A stretch of 64,000 bases of DNA from an uncultured virus (IMG/VR IMGVR_UViG_3300042860_002775) (Duplodnaviria; Heunggongvirae; Uroviricota; Caudoviricetes), in the IMG/VR virus record IMGVR_UViG_3300042860_002775. One strand, given 5' to 3'. Under the pieces are notes generated by a model that did no database searches, was not told the DNA's origin, and saw only the letters and a program-made list of their open reading frames with translations. Positions 1 through 12,228 of the stretch are shown one piece after another. The translations under genes were made by a program, and so were the position numbers. The stretch's first letter is position 1. Every line of letters begins with the position of its first letter.

Positions 1-1113
1 CATCGGAATAAGTGCCACGGTCTTTTTATTTTGAGTTAAAAGAGACTCATTTGATAGTATGGTTATGATAGTATCGTGTATATCGTCTCTCATTCCAATC
101 ACCGTTCTTTTTCCACCGGAAACCTTGGCCAGTTTTTCAAAGAAATTTTCCAGTTTAGCTTCGTTTTTTACAATATAGAAGTTTATATCAGATATTACAT
201 CTTCTTCCGTTTTTCCTTCCGTACCAACCTCTTTCATTATCTTATATATCAGATCTCGTATAAGTTTAAAATAAGGAGTTTTTGCTTCTGGATCAATTTT
301 TAGAGCCGCCTGTTTTTCTGCCCTTGCTCCAGACTTGGTGTCATATTGATCCGCCTGAACAAACTTGAAAAACCTACCATCGTCAAGTTTCAATACAACA
401 CCTTCCGTTTTTCCACCAAGAGTAGATTCTATACTTAATATAGCACTCTCAAACTTCTTTAGTACGTCTATTGGATTTTTCCAGTCAACTCCAACCATTT
501 TTGATGCTATGGCGGGATATTCATTTATGTTTTCTTGCGTTATTTTTCCGCTAAACATGATGGGAAATGTCGCAATTTGTAATATATCCGCCATCTTTTT
601 TACTGACGTATAATCTGTAATTTCTTCTCCAACTACTTCGGTATATAATTTATTTGCTACAATCCTATAATCAACTGTTCCATAGCTTCGCAAAAACATA
701 CCACCAAGTCGTTCATATGTTCTCGTCAAAGTATCCTTGTTTTGTGCAAACTCGATGCTAAACTCTGTGTTTGATGGTATTGAACCCGCTCTAGAATTTA
801 TACTCTTCAAGTGATCAAATATGATCGCATACTGTGATCTACCGATGGATATCTTTGTAATATTCTGTTTTTCTTTATCCGAAACATGCGCGAACTCTTT
901 GGCATTTAATATTTGTCCCTTATATGAAACAATCCAATTTTTCGTATAATCGGCATCACTTGCAGTTGTGCGCACGAGCGTTAATTTTGTACCATCAACT
1001 TTTTCTGTTATGGTTATGTTTGATGACAATAACTCATTTGCCCGTTTAATACGCAAAGATTCCGTTTTTAGATCAAAAACATAGCTTTTGATATTTTGTA
1101 TAGAAATATCCAT
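1..1113 (-). CDS. ATP-dependent ligase-superfamily (RNA ligase-like) nucleotidyltransferase; runs off the window edge
   Basis: Not in the ORF track. Translated by hand from the ATG at 1113 (MDISIQNIKSYVFDLK...), open to position 1. Has motif I TEKVDG, motif IV EGVVLK and a motif V-like FFKFV. TATTTATA lies 4 nt upstream. Confidence 0.7.
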   Translation of the reverse strand, partial: MDISIQNIKSYVFDLKTESLRIKRANELLSSNITITEKVDGTKLTLVRTTASDADYTKNWIVSYKGQILNAKEFAHVSDKEKQNITKISIGRSQYAIIFDHLKSINSRAGSIPSNTEFSIEFAQNKDTLTRTYERLGGMFLRSYGTVDYRIVANKLYTEVVGEEITDYTSVKKMADILQIATFPIMFSGKITQENINEYPAIASKMVGVDWKNPIDVLKKFESAILSIESTLGGKTEGVVLKLDDGRFFKFVQADQYDTKSGARAEKQAALKIDPEAKTPYFKLIRDLIYKIMKEVGTEGKTEEDVISDINFYIVKNEAKLENFFEKLAKVSGGKRTVIGMRDDIHDTIITILSNESLLTQNKKTVALIPM

Positions 1114-1171
1114 ATTCTATAAATATATATGATATCTCAAATCCGCCGAAGTTGTTATAATATATATGATA

Positions 1172-1939
1172 TTAATCTGCCACTCTGTAAAAACTTCCAC
1201 TTAATATAAGTTCTTTATTTGCTCTTTCCCATTCACATGATTGATTATTAAGATGTTTCCAGCAATCGTATGCTTCGTCCGGAAATCTATAAAACAGGTC
1301 TTCTCCTATAGATTCCCAAAACAATTGCCAGCTTGTGTCTCCAAATATGAATATATCGTCACCATATTGATAGTTTTTTGTTCCATCTTGTGATACTAAT
1401 TTTTTATTGTAGGATGTTATTTTTGCCGACATGACTATGTCATCAAAACTTATATTTTTTTGAATGAAATATTTTTTCTCAACCATCATCAACCATTGAT
1501 GACATCGAGGCAAATACATCTCATTGGCAATATTCATATTAAAATATTTTTCTCGTATAGCAATTCTTGCCGATATTCTTGGAGCTACTCTACCATATAC
1601 TTTATGTTTTTTTGTTTTGGTGACGTTTTCTGCCCACGAAAAGAAACTTCTATCCAATAACTTAGCATCGGAATCTAAATGTAAAATCCAGTCTCCGTCA
1701 ACCTTTGGTAGTATTGTTTTTATTGCTGATGTGTGTGATCTTGTTTGACCATCTTCTATTAGTGTAAAATTATATTCCCGCTGCTTTTGATGAAGATATT
1801 CTGTAGTACCGTCTATAGATGACACGGTTGAGTTATAAACTATCAAGTTCCAATTTTCAGGTAGTGGAAACCAACTATCAAAACATTCTTTTACTACTGG
1901 GAATGCACCATATACAGACGTTATTATGGTAAATTTCAT
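1172..1939 (-). CDS. GT-A fold glycosyltransferase (GT2-like)
   Basis: N-terminal FTIITSVY strand and the DxD motif in DWILHLDSDA. Confidence 0.75.
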   Translation of the reverse strand: MKFTIITSVYGAFPVVKECFDSWFPLPENWNLIVYNSTVSSIDGTTEYLHQKQREYNFTLIEDGQTRSHTSAIKTILPKVDGDWILHLDSDAKLLDRSFFSWAENVTKTKKHKVYGRVAPRISARIAIREKYFNMNIANEMYLPRCHQWLMMVEKKYFIQKNISFDDIVMSAKITSYNKKLVSQDGTKNYQYGDDIFIFGDTSWQLFWESIGEDLFYRFPDEAYDCWKHLNNQSCEWERANKELILSGSFYRVAD

Positions 1940-1942
1940 TTA

Positions 1943-3103
1943 TTATATTAAATGTGAATAATATGTTTTTATAAACGAAAGTTTATCTTTTCCATCCACC
2001 GCACTGCCCATAAAATGCACAAAAACAGTTTCTTCGTTGAATTTATTATATAATTCATTTTGATTTATTGATACAAATCCGAATTGTTCTCCAAATTTAA
2101 ACACATTGGACATCTCCAATACGTTAAAATAACAATTCAAAAAACTCTGTTCAAAGAAATATTCTCCGTCCCATACCGATATAAAATTGTTTATATTGTC
2201 GAAATGTTTGCGCATGGTGGGCGTGTTCTTAAAAAAGAATTGTCCCGCGTTGAATGGAAATATATTACCTTTATCTAGCCGTTCCATTTGGGTTGTATCG
2301 TATCGTATCAAACTGTGATAAATAGTTTTGTGCATCCCATGACTTAACCTATGCGCACCAGAATAAAAAATATTTGGTCTGGTTCTTTCTTCGAATATCT
2401 TTGCTAAATTCCCCAACACAAGTATATCCAAATCCAAAAATAGTATCTGACCGTAATCATTTATCTTTCCGTATTCGTATATTTTAAGTTTTTGCATAGA
2501 CGCATCTACGGGATCTTTAATAGTTGGTCGCACAAGATAATCCACCTTAAAATGTTTTAACTCTCTGGCTTTTTTTATTTCTGGTAAAGTTTTCTTGTCT
2601 GTAATAAACAATAGATCGAAATTTTTATATGGCTGCTTTTTTAGCGTAGAAAGCAATAGTTTCATTAGTTTTCCGTATACTTTATCACCGAAAAACGTAA
2701 AGTATATCAGGTTTTTTTCTCCAATAACGCTGTTATCTTTTTCTATGGATGCGCCATCAAATATCCACTTTTTTGCCAAATCTATATTGCCCGTTCTCTC
2801 TTTATTCTTTACTAGATATTCTCCAGTATTATTTATGACAAATTTTCTAGAATCTTTTCTTTTAAATACTTTATCTCCCCATTCAGTTTTTTTATAAAAA
2901 GGATAAAAAATAATAGTATCACAATCATTGTACTGCTGCTCGGTGATTTCTATATATTTTTTAGTTTTATTAAAAATATCTGGCTCGGATTCTTTTGTTA
3001 TTTCCTTCCGATATATAGCGGAATTATTTTTGTCTAAAATAAAAGCAATAAAATTTAATTCTTCAAAATTTTTTATAAGTTGGTAAGGAATCCTAATATT
3101 CAT
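1943..3103 (-). CDS. GT8-like glycosyltransferase (386 aa; true start 3103, not 3559)
   Basis: Contains KLKIY...ILFLDLDILV (DxD), FNAGQF, EQSFLN and VHFMG, typical of GT8. The track's upstream extension is a shadow frame of the TP-repeat gene. Confidence 0.8.
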   Translation of the reverse strand: MNIRIPYQLIKNFEELNFIAFILDKNNSAIYRKEITKESEPDIFNKTKKYIEITEQQYNDCDTIIFYPFYKKTEWGDKVFKRKDSRKFVINNTGEYLVKNKERTGNIDLAKKWIFDGASIEKDNSVIGEKNLIYFTFFGDKVYGKLMKLLLSTLKKQPYKNFDLLFITDKKTLPEIKKARELKHFKVDYLVRPTIKDPVDASMQKLKIYEYGKINDYGQILFLDLDILVLGNLAKIFEERTRPNIFYSGAHRLSHGMHKTIYHSLIRYDTTQMERLDKGNIFPFNAGQFFFKNTPTMRKHFDNINNFISVWDGEYFFEQSFLNCYFNVLEMSNVFKFGEQFGFVSINQNELYNKFNEETVFVHFMGSAVDGKDKLSFIKTYYSHLI

Positions 3104-3143
3104 ATTATAACCATGTATTAATAAGTATGTTCTGTCAAATATT

Positions 3144-3989
3144 TTAATATCCTCCACTGGCCGGTGGTGTTCCAGTCGGTGTTGCAGAAGGTGTTGCGGG
3201 AGGGGTTTCGGGTGGTGTTTCGGGTGGTGTTCCGGGTGGTGTTCCGGGTGGTGTTTCGGGTGGTGTTCCGGGTGGTGTTCCGGGTGGTGTATCATCTGGC
3301 GGTGTGTTTGTTGGCGTATTTGTTGGCGTATTTGTTGGCGTATTTGTTGGCGTACCATACGGCGAACCCGCTGGAGTTTTTGTTGGCGTGTTTGTTGGCG
3401 TTTCCGTCGGCGTGTTTGTTGGTGTTTGCGTACTTGTAGGCGTACCATAAGGAGTCCCAGCTGGCGTTTTTGTTGGTGTGTTTGTTGGCGTTTCCGTTGG
3501 CGTTTCCGTCGGAGTCGGTGTCTCTGTTGGTGTTTGAGTTGGAGTCTGACTGGCACCATATGACAGACTTATCGTCGGAGTAGATGTCGGGGTTGGTGAT
3601 TCTGTAAGTGTGGGCGTCGGTGTTTGCGTGACTCCATACGAAAGACTAATAGATGGCGTTGTTGTAGGCGTTTGTGTAGGAGTTTCGGTTGGAGTATCCG
3701 AGACCGTCGGGGTTGGTGTTGGTGTCTCTGTCTCAGTCGGAGTCTGAGTTGGAGTAAAATCTATATTCGCAAAAATATAACGCAAATCTGTTCCGCTTTT
3801 TTTATAATTTACATCAAAATTTATTTCTTGATTTGCGGTAGTTATAGGTTCAAATATAGCAGACAAATCGGTGTTACTTGATTTGAATTCAACGTCTGGA
3901 GCAGGAGATGTATCTGGCAATTTTGGAGCAAATATTGTGTCCAGATCAACATCAACGCCATTTATTTTAACTGTATAACCAGTAGGCAT
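3144..3989 (-). CDS. Thr/Pro-rich mucin-like virion or fibre-associated protein
   Basis: Three short N-terminal repeats (DLDTIF/DLSAIF/DLRYIF), then ~200 aa of TPTx and TPP(G/E) repeats. Lies directly downstream of the giant fibre gene. Confidence 0.75.
   Translation of the reverse strand: MPTGYTVKINGVDVDLDTIFAPKLPDTSPAPDVEFKSSNTDLSAIFEPITTANQEINFDVNYKKSGTDLRYIFANIDFTPTQTPTETETPTPTPTVSDTPTETPTQTPTTTPSISLSYGVTQTPTPTLTESPTPTSTPTISLSYGASQTPTQTPTETPTPTETPTETPTNTPTKTPAGTPYGTPTSTQTPTNTPTETPTNTPTKTPAGSPYGTPTNTPTNTPTNTPTNTPPDDTPPGTPPGTPPETPPGTPPGTPPETPPETPPATPSATPTGTPPASGGY
3200..3352. repeat. 12-bp coding tandem repeats (TPPG/TPPE and TPTN units)
   Basis: Repeated gggtggtgtt(t/c)c units followed by repeated tgttggcgtatt units. 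Confidence 0.85.
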
Positions 3990-3990
3990 T

Positions 3991-6900
3991 TTACTTCTTT
4001 AGTTCATTTATTTGGCGTTTTAGTTCCTGTACTTCAGCCGATAGTTCTTTTACCGCAGTAGTCAATACAGCAACAAGTTTTCCATACTCAAGTCCATCTA
4101 TTTCACCGTTTGAGTTCTTATAAACAATAGTAGGTAATATTTCATTTACTTCTTCGGCAATCATACCAATGTCATTTTTTATATCCTTGTTATTCCAATC
4201 AAACATTACTGGTCTTAGATTATTTATAATATTTAAGCCGTTGGTTAGATTTCTGATGTTGGTCTTATATTTTCTGGATGATGTGCTATTAAATGAAGTT
4301 GCGGCCACAGTGGAATTTACAGTCATTGCGCCATCAAACTCGGATGTTCCCAACCAATCAAATTTTCCATCGCTTTGGACGAATCCTCTTTGTGCCCCGC
4401 CCGCATAGAATTGTATATATTGTCCTCCTGTAGCTACTAAGCTTACTATTCCGCTCGGAGTTAAGTCTATTTGTCCACCAGACGCATTACTTGGACCTCC
4501 TGTAATGGTCAATGTACTGCTTCCATCATTTCTAATACCGATAGAATCTGTGACATAAATACCACCAGTAACTTTCAACTTTGAACCATCCCATACCAAC
4601 TTATTACCACCAGAATTACCAACTGAGAATTTTCCATCATTTGCAAGATACCAGCCGGTTCCTGTGTCATACCCAGTCATTCCGGCATATACATTTCCTG
4701 TACTATTTAAAGTAATATTTCCGCCCGTCAATGTGGTTGAACTAATAGTCCAGCCACCAATCTTTCCACCAGTACTTGCTTGAAGGTCCGCGCACGTAAT
4801 CGTACCGTTGCTATTAAGAGTGGTAGAACCTCCCGTCAAGGTGGTTGCACCGATAGTCCATCCACCTATTGTTCCTCCAGTTGAAGTAATATTTCCGTTG
4901 GATGCAACTTGAAATACTCCACTACCTATGTTTAGGGTTCCGCCCGTTATTGTTGGAGAATTTATTGATATTGCCGCACTTATTGTTCCTGCACCAATTT
5001 TGTCCGCTGATATTGTACCAGCTGTTATTACACTAGCATTGAGATTTTTTATATATGCATTATTTATCTTGACGCTACTTCCATCAACTTCGAATGGAAC
5101 AATTGTTCCTGTACCATCTGGTTTTACTATCTTGAATTGGTCTACTTCTACAATAAACGAAGAAGATGTTGATGAGTTTGCGAGCAACTTGAATCCTGCC
5201 ACTCTATTTCCAGCAGATACTTTTAGTACATATTCTGATAGTACTCCAGAAAGTGAGCTTGATACTGTAGACACTGTAGAAATAGTTCCTGCCAAAGATG
5301 CACTATTTGTTACAACACTAGCCGATAGTACACTTATTGAACTTGCCAATGAACCAGATGCATTTGAGAAGGCAAATGCCACCTGACCAATACTTGATGC
5401 AAATGATGCGCTATTTCCAGTAAAGCTGGAAGATATTATAGTTATGGTTTGAGCAAGCGACGAGCTAAAATCTACATTTGTAGTATTTACTTGAGTTATG
5501 GAAGCCGCCAGTGACGAACTGTTGGTACGTATGCTAGACGACAGTGAGGTAATGCTTTGCGCCAAGGAAGAGCTAAACGTGGTATTAGTCGTATTGTTCT
5601 GGGTAATGGAAGACGCCAGTGATGCGCTGTTTGCACTGATGCTAGACGATAACGTGGTGATACTTTGCGCCAGTGACGAACTGAACGTGACGTTGGTGGC
5701 GTTTGAAGTGGAGATGGATGCAGCCAGTGACGCACTATTGGTACGTATGCTAGACGATAGCGTGGTGATGCTTTGCGCTAGGGACGAACTGAACGTGACG
5801 TTGGTGGCGTTTGAAGTGGAGATGGATGCCGCTAGCGAAGAGCTAGCCGTATTGACACTGGCTGACAGCGTGGTGATGCTCTGAGCAAGAGACGAACTGA
5901 ACGTGACGTTGGTAGTGTTTACTGTGGAGATGGATGCCGCTAGTGATGCGCTAGCCGTGTTGACACTGGCTGACAGCGTGGTGATGCTCTGAGCAAGAGA
6001 CGAACTGAACGTGACGTTGGTAGTGTTTACTGTGGAGATAGACGCTGCCAGTGACGAACTGGCTGTATTGATGCTAGACGACAGTGTGGTAATGCTCTGA
6101 GCCAGAGAAGAGCTAAACGTCACGTTTGTCGTATTTACCGTGGAGATGGATGCCGCTAGAGAGGCACTGTTGGTGCGTATGCTAGCCGACAGTGTGGTAA
6201 TGCTCTGAGCCAGAGAAGAGCTAAACGTGACGTTGGTAGTGTTTACTGTGGAGATGGATGCCGCTAGCGAAGAGCTAGCCGTATTGACACTGGCTGACAG
6301 CGTGGTGATGCTTTGCGCTAGAGAAGAGCTAAACGTCACGTTTGTGGTATTTACCGTGGAGATAGACGCTGCCAGTGACGAACTGGCTGTATTGACGCTA
6401 GCCGACAGCGTGGTAATGCTCTGAGCCAGAGAAGAGCTAAACGTCACGTTTGTGGTATTGACTGTGGAGATGGATGCCGCTAGTGATGCGCTAGCCGTGT
6501 TGACACTGGCTGACAGCGTGGTGATGCTTTGCGCCAGAGACGAACTGAACGTGACGTTGGTAGTGTTTACTGTGGAGATGGATGCCGCTAGTGATGCGCT
6601 AGCCGTGTTGACACTGGCTGACAGTGTGGTAATACTCTGAGCCAGAGACGAACTGAACGTGACGTTTGTGGTATTTACCGTGGAGATGGATGCCGCTAGT
6701 GATGCGCTAGCCGTGTTGACACTGGCTGACAGCGTGGTGATGCTTTGCGCTAGAGAAGAGCTAAACGTCACGTTTGTCGTATTTACCGTGGAGATAGACG
6801 CTGCCAGTGACGAACTGGCTGTATTGACGCTAGCCGACAGTGTGGTGATGCTTTGCGCCAGAGATGAACTGAACGTGACGTTGGTAGTATTTACTGTGGA

Positions 6901-9900
6901 GATAGACGCTGCCAGTGACGAACTGGCTGTATTGACGCTAGCCGACAGTGTGGTAATGCTCTGAGCCAGAGAAGAGCTAAACGTCACGTTTGTCGTATTT
7001 ACCGTGGAGATAGATGCCGCCAGTGACGAACTGGCTGTATTGACGCTAGCTGACAGTGTGGTGATGCTTTGTGCCAGAGAAGAGCTAAAAGTGACGTTGG
7101 TGGTATTGACTGTGGAAATGGATGCCGCTAGCGAAGAGCTAGCTGTATTGACACTAGCTGACAGTGTGGTGATACTTTGCGCCAGTGACGAACTGAACGT
7201 CACGTTTGTGGTATTTACCGTGGAGATAGATGCCGCCAGCGAGGCACTTGTCGTGTTGACGCTGGCTGATAATGTGGTGACGCTTTGCGCCAGAGAAGAG
7301 CTAAACGTGACGTTGGTGGTATTGACTGTGGAGATGGATGCCGCCAGTGATGCGCTAGCCGTGTTGACACTGGCTGACAGCGTGGTGATGCTTTGCGCCA
7401 GAGAAGAGCTAAACGTGACGTTGGTAGTGTTTACTGTGGAGATGGATGCCGCCAGTGATGCGCTAGCCGTGTTGACACTGGCTGACAGTGTGGTAATACT
7501 CTGAGCCAGAGACGAACTGAACGTGACGTTTGTGGTATTTACCGTGGAGATGGATGCCGCTAGTGATGCGCTAGCCGTGTTGACACTGGCTGACAGCGTG
7601 GTGATGCTTTGCGCTAGAGAAGAGCTAAACGTCACGTTTGTCGTATTTACCGTGGAGATAGACGCTGCCAGTGACGAACTGGCTGTATTGACGCTAGCCG
7701 ACAGTGTGGTGATGCTTTGCGCCAGAGATGAACTGAACGTGACGTTGGTAGTATTTACTGTGGAGATAGACGCTGCCAGCGAGGCACTTGTCGTGTTGAC
7801 GCTGGCTGATAATGTGGTGACGCTTTGCGCCAGAGAAGAGCTAAACGTGACGTTGGTAGTGTTTACTGTGGAGATGGATGCCGCTAGTGATGCGCTAGCC
7901 GTGTTGACACTGGCTGACAGCGTGGTGATGCTTTGCGCCAGAGAAGAGCTAAACGTGACGTTGGTAGTGTTTACTGTGGAGATAGACGCTGCCAGTGACG
8001 AACTGTTTCCATCAATTCTAGATGATAATGTAGCAATACTCTGCGCCAACGATGAACTAAAATTTGTTTGGGTAGTAGTTGCATTTGTTACTGCTGAAGA
8101 CAGCGATGCACTATTTGTATTAATGCTAGAAGATAATATAGTAGTTCTTGATGCCAAAGATGAACTAAATGTAGTTTGTATATCTTCTACAGTTTTTATA
8201 AATGCTGCCAAAGATGAACTATTTGTAGTAACTCTTGAATCTAACTCGGTTGTTCTTGAAGCAAAAGATGAAGAATTATTTGTAGCCGCAAGTTCTATAG
8301 TTGTTATAGAAGCTGCCAACGAAGAACTGTCTATGAATATAGCACTAGCAGAAATAGAAGCTATTCTTTGTGCTAAGGAAGAACTTGCATTTGTAAAAGC
8401 AAAGTCAGTGCTAGTTATTGCAGCAGACAATGAACTGCTAAAAGTTAAAAAGCTAGAAGATAACGTAGTAGATCTGGATGCTAGAGAAGAACTTGCAGTA
8501 ACAAATACAGTATCTACATTTGTTATAGAAGCTGCTATCGATGCACTCGTAAAATTGATGCTTGCCGACAATGCCGTAGATACTTGAGCAAGCGATGAAG
8601 AAGTATCTGTAAATGTAGTTTGAACATTTGTTATAGATGCGGCGAGAGATGCACTATTTGTTTTTACGCTAGACGATAACGTGGTGATGCTCTGAGCCAG
8701 AGACGAACTAAACGTGACGTTAGTCGTATTAGAAGTGGTGATGGATGCCGCCAGCGACGCGCTATTACCAGAAATTGTGGATGACAGCGAGGTAATGCTT
8801 TGCGCCAGAGATGAGCTAAACGTGGTGTTGGTGGTGTTCGTCTGGGTGATCGAAGACGCCAGTGACGCGCTGTTGGTGCTGATGCTAGACGACAGCGTAG
8901 TGATGCTCTGCGCCAGAGATGAGCTAAACGTGGTGTTGGTGGTGTTTGTCTGAGTTATGGACGCTGCCAGTGACGCACTGTTGGTACGTATGCTAGACGA
9001 CAGCGTGGTGATACTTTGCGCCAAGGAAGAGCTAAACGTGACGTTAGTCGTATTAGAAGTGGTGATGGATGCCGCCAGCGACGCGCTATTACCAGAAATT
9101 GTGGATGACAGCGAGGTAATGCTTTGCGCCAGAGATGAGCTAAACGTGGTGTTGGTGGTGTTCGTCTGGGTGATCGAAGACGCCAGTGACGCGCTGTTGG
9201 TGCTGATGCTAGACGACAGCGTAGTGATGCTCTGCGCCAGAGATGAGCTAAACGTGGTGTTGGTGGTGTTTGTCTGAGTTATGGACGCTGCCAGTGACGC
9301 ACTGTTGGTACGTATGCTAGACGACAGCGTGGTGATACTTTGCGCCAGAGACGAGCTAAAAGTGACGTTGGTCGTGTTTGTCGTGGTGATGGATGCCGCT
9401 AAGGAAGAACTGTTACCATCGATTCTGGAAGATAATGTGGTAATGCTCTGGGCCAGAGACGAACTAAATGTGGTATTGGTTGTATTCGTCTGTGTTATAG
9501 ATGACGCCAACGACGCACTGCTAATGTTTATACTAGAAGAAAGAACAGTGACTCTCTGAGCCAGAGAAGAACTATAATCCGTATTTACGCTGTCGATTTC
9601 GGTGATAAATGCAGCAATAGAAGCGCTCGTTGAATTTACAGATGAGTTTAATATTGTTGTTCTATCCGCAAAAGATGAAGAGTTTGTTACTACCGCCTGT
9701 TCAACCGTGGTAATAGACGCGGCCAAAGAAGCGCTATCTATAAAAACTGCACTTGCGGAGATCGACGCCAGTCTTGATGCCAAAGAAGAGCTTGCACTAG
9801 AAAATGCAAAATCTGTGCTGGTTATTGCCGCCGACAATGAGCTACTAAATGTATCGAAACTCGTATTAAGTTGAATGGAGCGTTCAGCGAGCGAAGCACT

Positions 9901-12216
9901 TGTAGTGGAAAATACGGTATCTACGTTTGAAATTGTGGCAGAGATTGAAGAACTAACTAAATTTATGCTAGACGATAATGTGCTAGATCTTGTAGCTAAA
10001 GAAGAGCTTAGATCGGTAAATGTTTCTTCAATTGTTGTTATTGTAGAAAGTAATGATGCGCTAGTATTTACAAAACTTGAAGAAAGCGTAGATGCCCGCG
10101 ATGCCAGTGAAGAACTAAATGTTACAAATGTTTGTTCCGTTGTAGATATAGAAGCCGCTAACGAAGAACTTTGAAAATTAGCATCAGAATCTAATGTGGA
10201 AACTCTGGAGGCAAGGGACGAGGAATTATTTACTACAGTTTGTTCAATGCTTGATATTGACGCGGCCAAAGATGCACTGTCGATGAAAATGGCACTGGCA
10301 GATAATGCAGATATTCTTTGTGCCAATGACGAACTGGCATTAGTAAATGCGAAATCCGCAGTGGTTATTGCGGCAGAAAAAGAAGAACTAAATGTATATA
10401 CACTTGCAGATATGACCGTAGTTCTAGAAGCTAATGAAGATGACAGTGTATTTACCGCAGTCTCATTTTCGGAAATGAAAGAAGAAAATGAAGAACTAAC
10501 CCCAGTTATGTTGGAGTTTATTACCACCAATCTTTCTGCCAAAGAAGATGATGCTTCAGAAAACACAGTCGAAGATTCCGATATAGATGCGGCAAATGAA
10601 GAACTTACATTTTCTATGTTAGAAGATAATGTGGAACTCCTCTGTGCGAGAGATGACGACGTAGATACAAAAGTTTCATCAACGGAAGTGATCGTGGCAG
10701 AAATGGAAGAACTAACCGTGGTTAGCTCAGATGATAATGTTGATATTCTTTGTGCAAGCGAAGATGAAGAATCTGAAAACGTACTGTCCGTAGTAGTAAT
10801 TCTTGATGCTAAAGATTGACTTGTGTTTGAAAAACTTGCTTCTAAAAGTTGAGTTCTTTCTGCCAAAGAAGAGGATACCGTAACAAACGCCGTATCTGCG
10901 TTTTGTATCAATGCCGCTATTGATGCGCTATTTTCATTAAAATTGACTGCGGCAGCTATCGTTGTTATTCTTCCGGACAGAGACGATGATGCTTCCGCAA
11001 ATGTAATATTATTTTCCGATATCGACGCCGCCAGAGAAGAACTTGTATTTGAAAACGAACTTCTCAATTCATCAATAGTCAGGGCAGACGATGCACTGGT
11101 AGTAGTAAAAGAATCTCTTACAGATTTTACACTGGAATCCAAGGATCCAGAAACATTAGTGAATGAAGTACTTAGTTCTACAATCTGTGTGGCGGCTGAC
11201 GAACTGAAAGTTGTTAGTGTGGAAGATAGCTGGGTTATTGTTGCTGCCAAAGACGCACTGTCCAAGGAACCCGATCCAGCTATATACGAAGAAAGGTTTT
11301 CTACTTTAGCGGCCAGAGAAGAACTTGCATTTATAAACGTGGTATATGTAGTATCTATTGATGAAGCAAACGATGCACTATTGAAATTTGCATTAGAACT
11401 TATCGTGTCAATTCGAGTTGCAATAGATTCGCTAGTGGTAGTCAACGTAGCTTCTATTGTTTTTATGGAGCTTGCCAGAGAACTACTGTTTATTGATAGC
11501 GACGAACCTAAACTAGTTATATTTGCCGCAAAAGAAGAAGAACTATCTGAAAAAGCTCCATATACCGAAGTTATATATGCCGCAGTTGATGCGGAATTTT
11601 GCATCAAGGTTTCGCTAAATGCTCCGTAACTTGCAGACAAAGAAGCAGAAACTTGATCCAATTTTATTATTACGGAAGAAGATATGCTGGTTAGAGAATT
11701 GTTTAGTGAAGTAACTCTTGTACTAAGAGAACTGGACGCCGCAGTCAATACCCTAACATTGGTAGATATGGACGAAGAAAATAGTCCAAGTTCTTGTCTA
11801 ACTACATCGATAGACTCGGTAGGAAGCGGTATTATTGGTCCACCACCCTGCTGTATTGTAAGCGTTCCATTATTTTGGTCTGTCAGCTTTACAGATCCGA
11901 CGTATAAACTCCCCGAAGTTACATATATATCTTTCCATCTTCTGGAAGGACTTCCCAAATCATACAAATTATCTGTCTGTGGGATTATATTTTGATTTAC
12001 TTGACTTAAATCAATAGAACCACTTACAATTGAACCAGAACCGCCAGAATTTAAGTAAGGTAAGCTGGTCCACGAGGCAGTTCCATTCCCTATCTTAAGT
12101 CTACCAGTATCCAGTTCAAATCCGGCTTCGCCTGGATATAATGTCGGATTTACTGCCGCCCAATTTGAAGCAGTATCTCTTTTTAGCTGAATTCTAGAAA
12201 TTCTGATTGTTGCCAT
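3991..12216 (-). CDS. Giant tail fibre/adhesin (2741 aa): Mtd/hyaluronidase-type N-terminal anchor, long S/T/A repeat stalk, tail-tip-like segment, Gly-rich beta region, C-terminal S74 intramolecular chaperone
   Basis: N-terminus [36 protein letters not shown]. Segment [25 protein letters not shown] resembles gpJ/DUF1983. C-terminus [27 protein letters not shown]..coiled coil. Confidence 0.9.
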   Translation of the reverse strand: MATIRISRIQLKRDTASNWAAVNPTLYPGEAGFELDTGRLKIGNGTASWTSLPYLNSGGSGSIVSGSIDLSQVNQNIIPQTDNLYDLGSPSRRWKDIYVTSGSLYVGSVKLTDQNNGTLTIQQGGGPIIPLPTESIDVVRQELGLFSSSISTNVRVLTAASSSLSTRVTSLNNSLTSISSSVIIKLDQVSASLSASYGAFSETLMQNSASTAAYITSVYGAFSDSSSSFAANITSLGSSLSINSSSLASSIKTIEATLTTTSESIATRIDTISSNANFNSASFASSIDTTYTTFINASSSLAAKVENLSSYIAGSGSLDSASLAATITQLSSTLTTFSSSAATQIVELSTSFTNVSGSLDSSVKSVRDSFTTTSASSALTIDELRSSFSNTSSSLAASISENNITFAEASSSLSGRITTIAAAVNFNENSASIAALIQNADTAFVTVSSSLAERTQLLEASFSNTSQSLASRITTTDSTFSDSSSSLAQRISTLSSELTTVSSSISATITSVDETFVSTSSSLAQRSSTLSSNIENVSSSFAASISESSTVFSEASSSLAERLVVINSNITGVSSSFSSFISENETAVNTLSSSLASRTTVISASVYTFSSSFSAAITTADFAFTNASSSLAQRISALSASAIFIDSASLAASISSIEQTVVNNSSSLASRVSTLDSDANFQSSSLAASISTTEQTFVTFSSSLASRASTLSSSFVNTSASLLSTITTIEETFTDLSSSLATRSSTLSSSINLVSSSISATISNVDTVFSTTSASLAERSIQLNTSFDTFSSSLSAAITSTDFAFSSASSSLASRLASISASAVFIDSASLAASITTVEQAVVTNSSSFADRTTILNSSVNSTSASIAAFITEIDSVNTDYSSSLAQRVTVLSSSINISSASLASSITQTNTTNTTFSSSLAQSITTLSSRIDGNSSSLAASITTTNTTNVTFSSSLAQSITTLSSSIRTNSASLAASITQTNTTNTTFSSSLAQSITTLSSSISTNSASLASSITQTNTTNTTFSSSLAQSITSLSSTISGNSASLAASITTSNTTNVTFSSSLAQSITTLSSSIRTNSASLAASITQTNTTNTTFSSSLAQSITTLSSSISTNSASLASSITQTNTTNTTFSSSLAQSITSLSSTISGNSASLAASITTSNTTNVTFSSSLAQSITTLSSSVKTNSASLAASITNVQTTFTDTSSSLAQVSTALSASINFTSASIAASITNVDTVFVTASSSLASRSTTLSSSFLTFSSSLSAAITSTDFAFTNASSSLAQRIASISASAIFIDSSSLAASITTIELAATNNSSSFASRTTELDSRVTTNSSSLAAFIKTVEDIQTTFSSSLASRTTILSSSINTNSASLSSAVTNATTTQTNFSSSLAQSIATLSSRIDGNSSSLAASISTVNTTNVTFSSSLAQSITTLSASVNTASASLAASISTVNTTNVTFSSSLAQSVTTLSASVNTTSASLAASISTVNTTNVTFSSSLAQSITTLSASVNTASSSLAASISTVNTTNVTFSSSLAQSITTLSASVNTASASLAASISTVNTTNVTFSSSLAQSITTLSASVNTASASLAASISTVNTTNVTFSSSLAQSITTLSASVNTASASLAASISTVNTTNVTFSSSLAQSVTTLSASVNTTSASLAASISTVNTTNVTFSSSLAQSITTLSASVNTASSSLAASISTVNTTNVTFSSSLAQSITTLSASVNTASSSLAASISTVNTTNVTFSSSLAQSITTLSASVNTASSSLAASISTVNTTNVTFSSSLAQSITTLSASVNTASSSLAASISTVNTTNVTFSSSLAQSITTLSASVNTASASLAASISTVNTTNVTFSSSLAQSITTLSASVNTASASLAASISTVNTTNVTFSSSLAQSITTLSASVNTASASLAASISTVNTTNVTFSSSLAQSITTLSASVNTASSSLAASISTVNTTNVTFSSSLAQSITTLSASVNTASSSLAASISTVNTTNVTFSSSLAQSITTLSASIRTNSASLAASISTVNTTNVTFSSSLAQSITTLSSSINTASSSLAASISTVNTTNVTFSSSLAQSITTLSASVNTASASLAASISTVNTTNVTFSSSLAQSITTLSASVNTASSSLAASISTSNATNVTFSSSLAQSITTLSSSIRTNSASLAASISTSNATNVTFSSSLAQSITTLSSSISANSASLASSITQNNTTNTTFSSSLAQSITSLSSSIRTNSSSLAASITQVNTTNVDFSSSLAQTITIISSSFTGNSASFASSIGQVAFAFSNASGSLASSISVLSASVVTNSASLAGTISTVSTVSSSLSGVLSEYVLKVSAGNRVAGFKLLANSSTSSSFIVEVDQFKIVKPDGTGTIVPFEVDGSSVKINNAYIKNLNASVITAGTISADKIGAGTISAAISINSPTITGGTLNIGSGVFQVASNGNITSTGGTIGGWTIGATTLTGGSTTLNSNGTITCADLQASTGGKIGGWTISSTTLTGGNITLNSTGNVYAGMTGYDTGTGWYLANDGKFSVGNSGGNKLVWDGSKLKVTGGIYVTDSIGIRNDGSSTLTITGGPSNASGGQIDLTPSGIVSLVATGGQYIQFYAGGAQRGFVQSDGKFDWLGTSEFDGAMTVNSTVAATSFNSTSSRKYKTNIRNLTNGLNIINNLRPVMFDWNNKDIKNDIGMIAEEVNEILPTIVYKNSNGEIDGLEYGKLVAVLTTAVKELSAEVQELKRQINELKK
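5480..9560. repeat. 108-bp (36-aa) coding tandem repeat array, including a 324-bp higher-order duplication
   Basis: Unit [36 protein letters not shown] occurs ~23 times at 5480-8010, with more copies at ~8600-9560. The block starting at 8714 recurs at 9038. Confidence 0.95.
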
Positions 12217-12228
12217 TTTCTATAAATA

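Noticed and set aside
3104..3559. Q/R/H-rich N-terminal extension of the 538-aa ORF (HHPEHHPE...)
   Set aside because: It is an alternative frame of the TP-repeat gene 3144..3989. The GT8-like protein starts at 3103.
5480..9560. Repeat array as a CRISPR array or DGR template/variable repeat
   Set aside because: Units are contiguous, in-frame and coding, with no unique spacers. No cas or reverse transcriptase gene is present, and variation is mostly synonymous rather than adenine-specific.
4928..11995. Many plus-strand ORFs (up to 354 aa) over the fibre gene
   Set aside because: Antisense shadows of the S/T/A repeat codons, broken by stops at equivalent repeat positions and with no independent signals.
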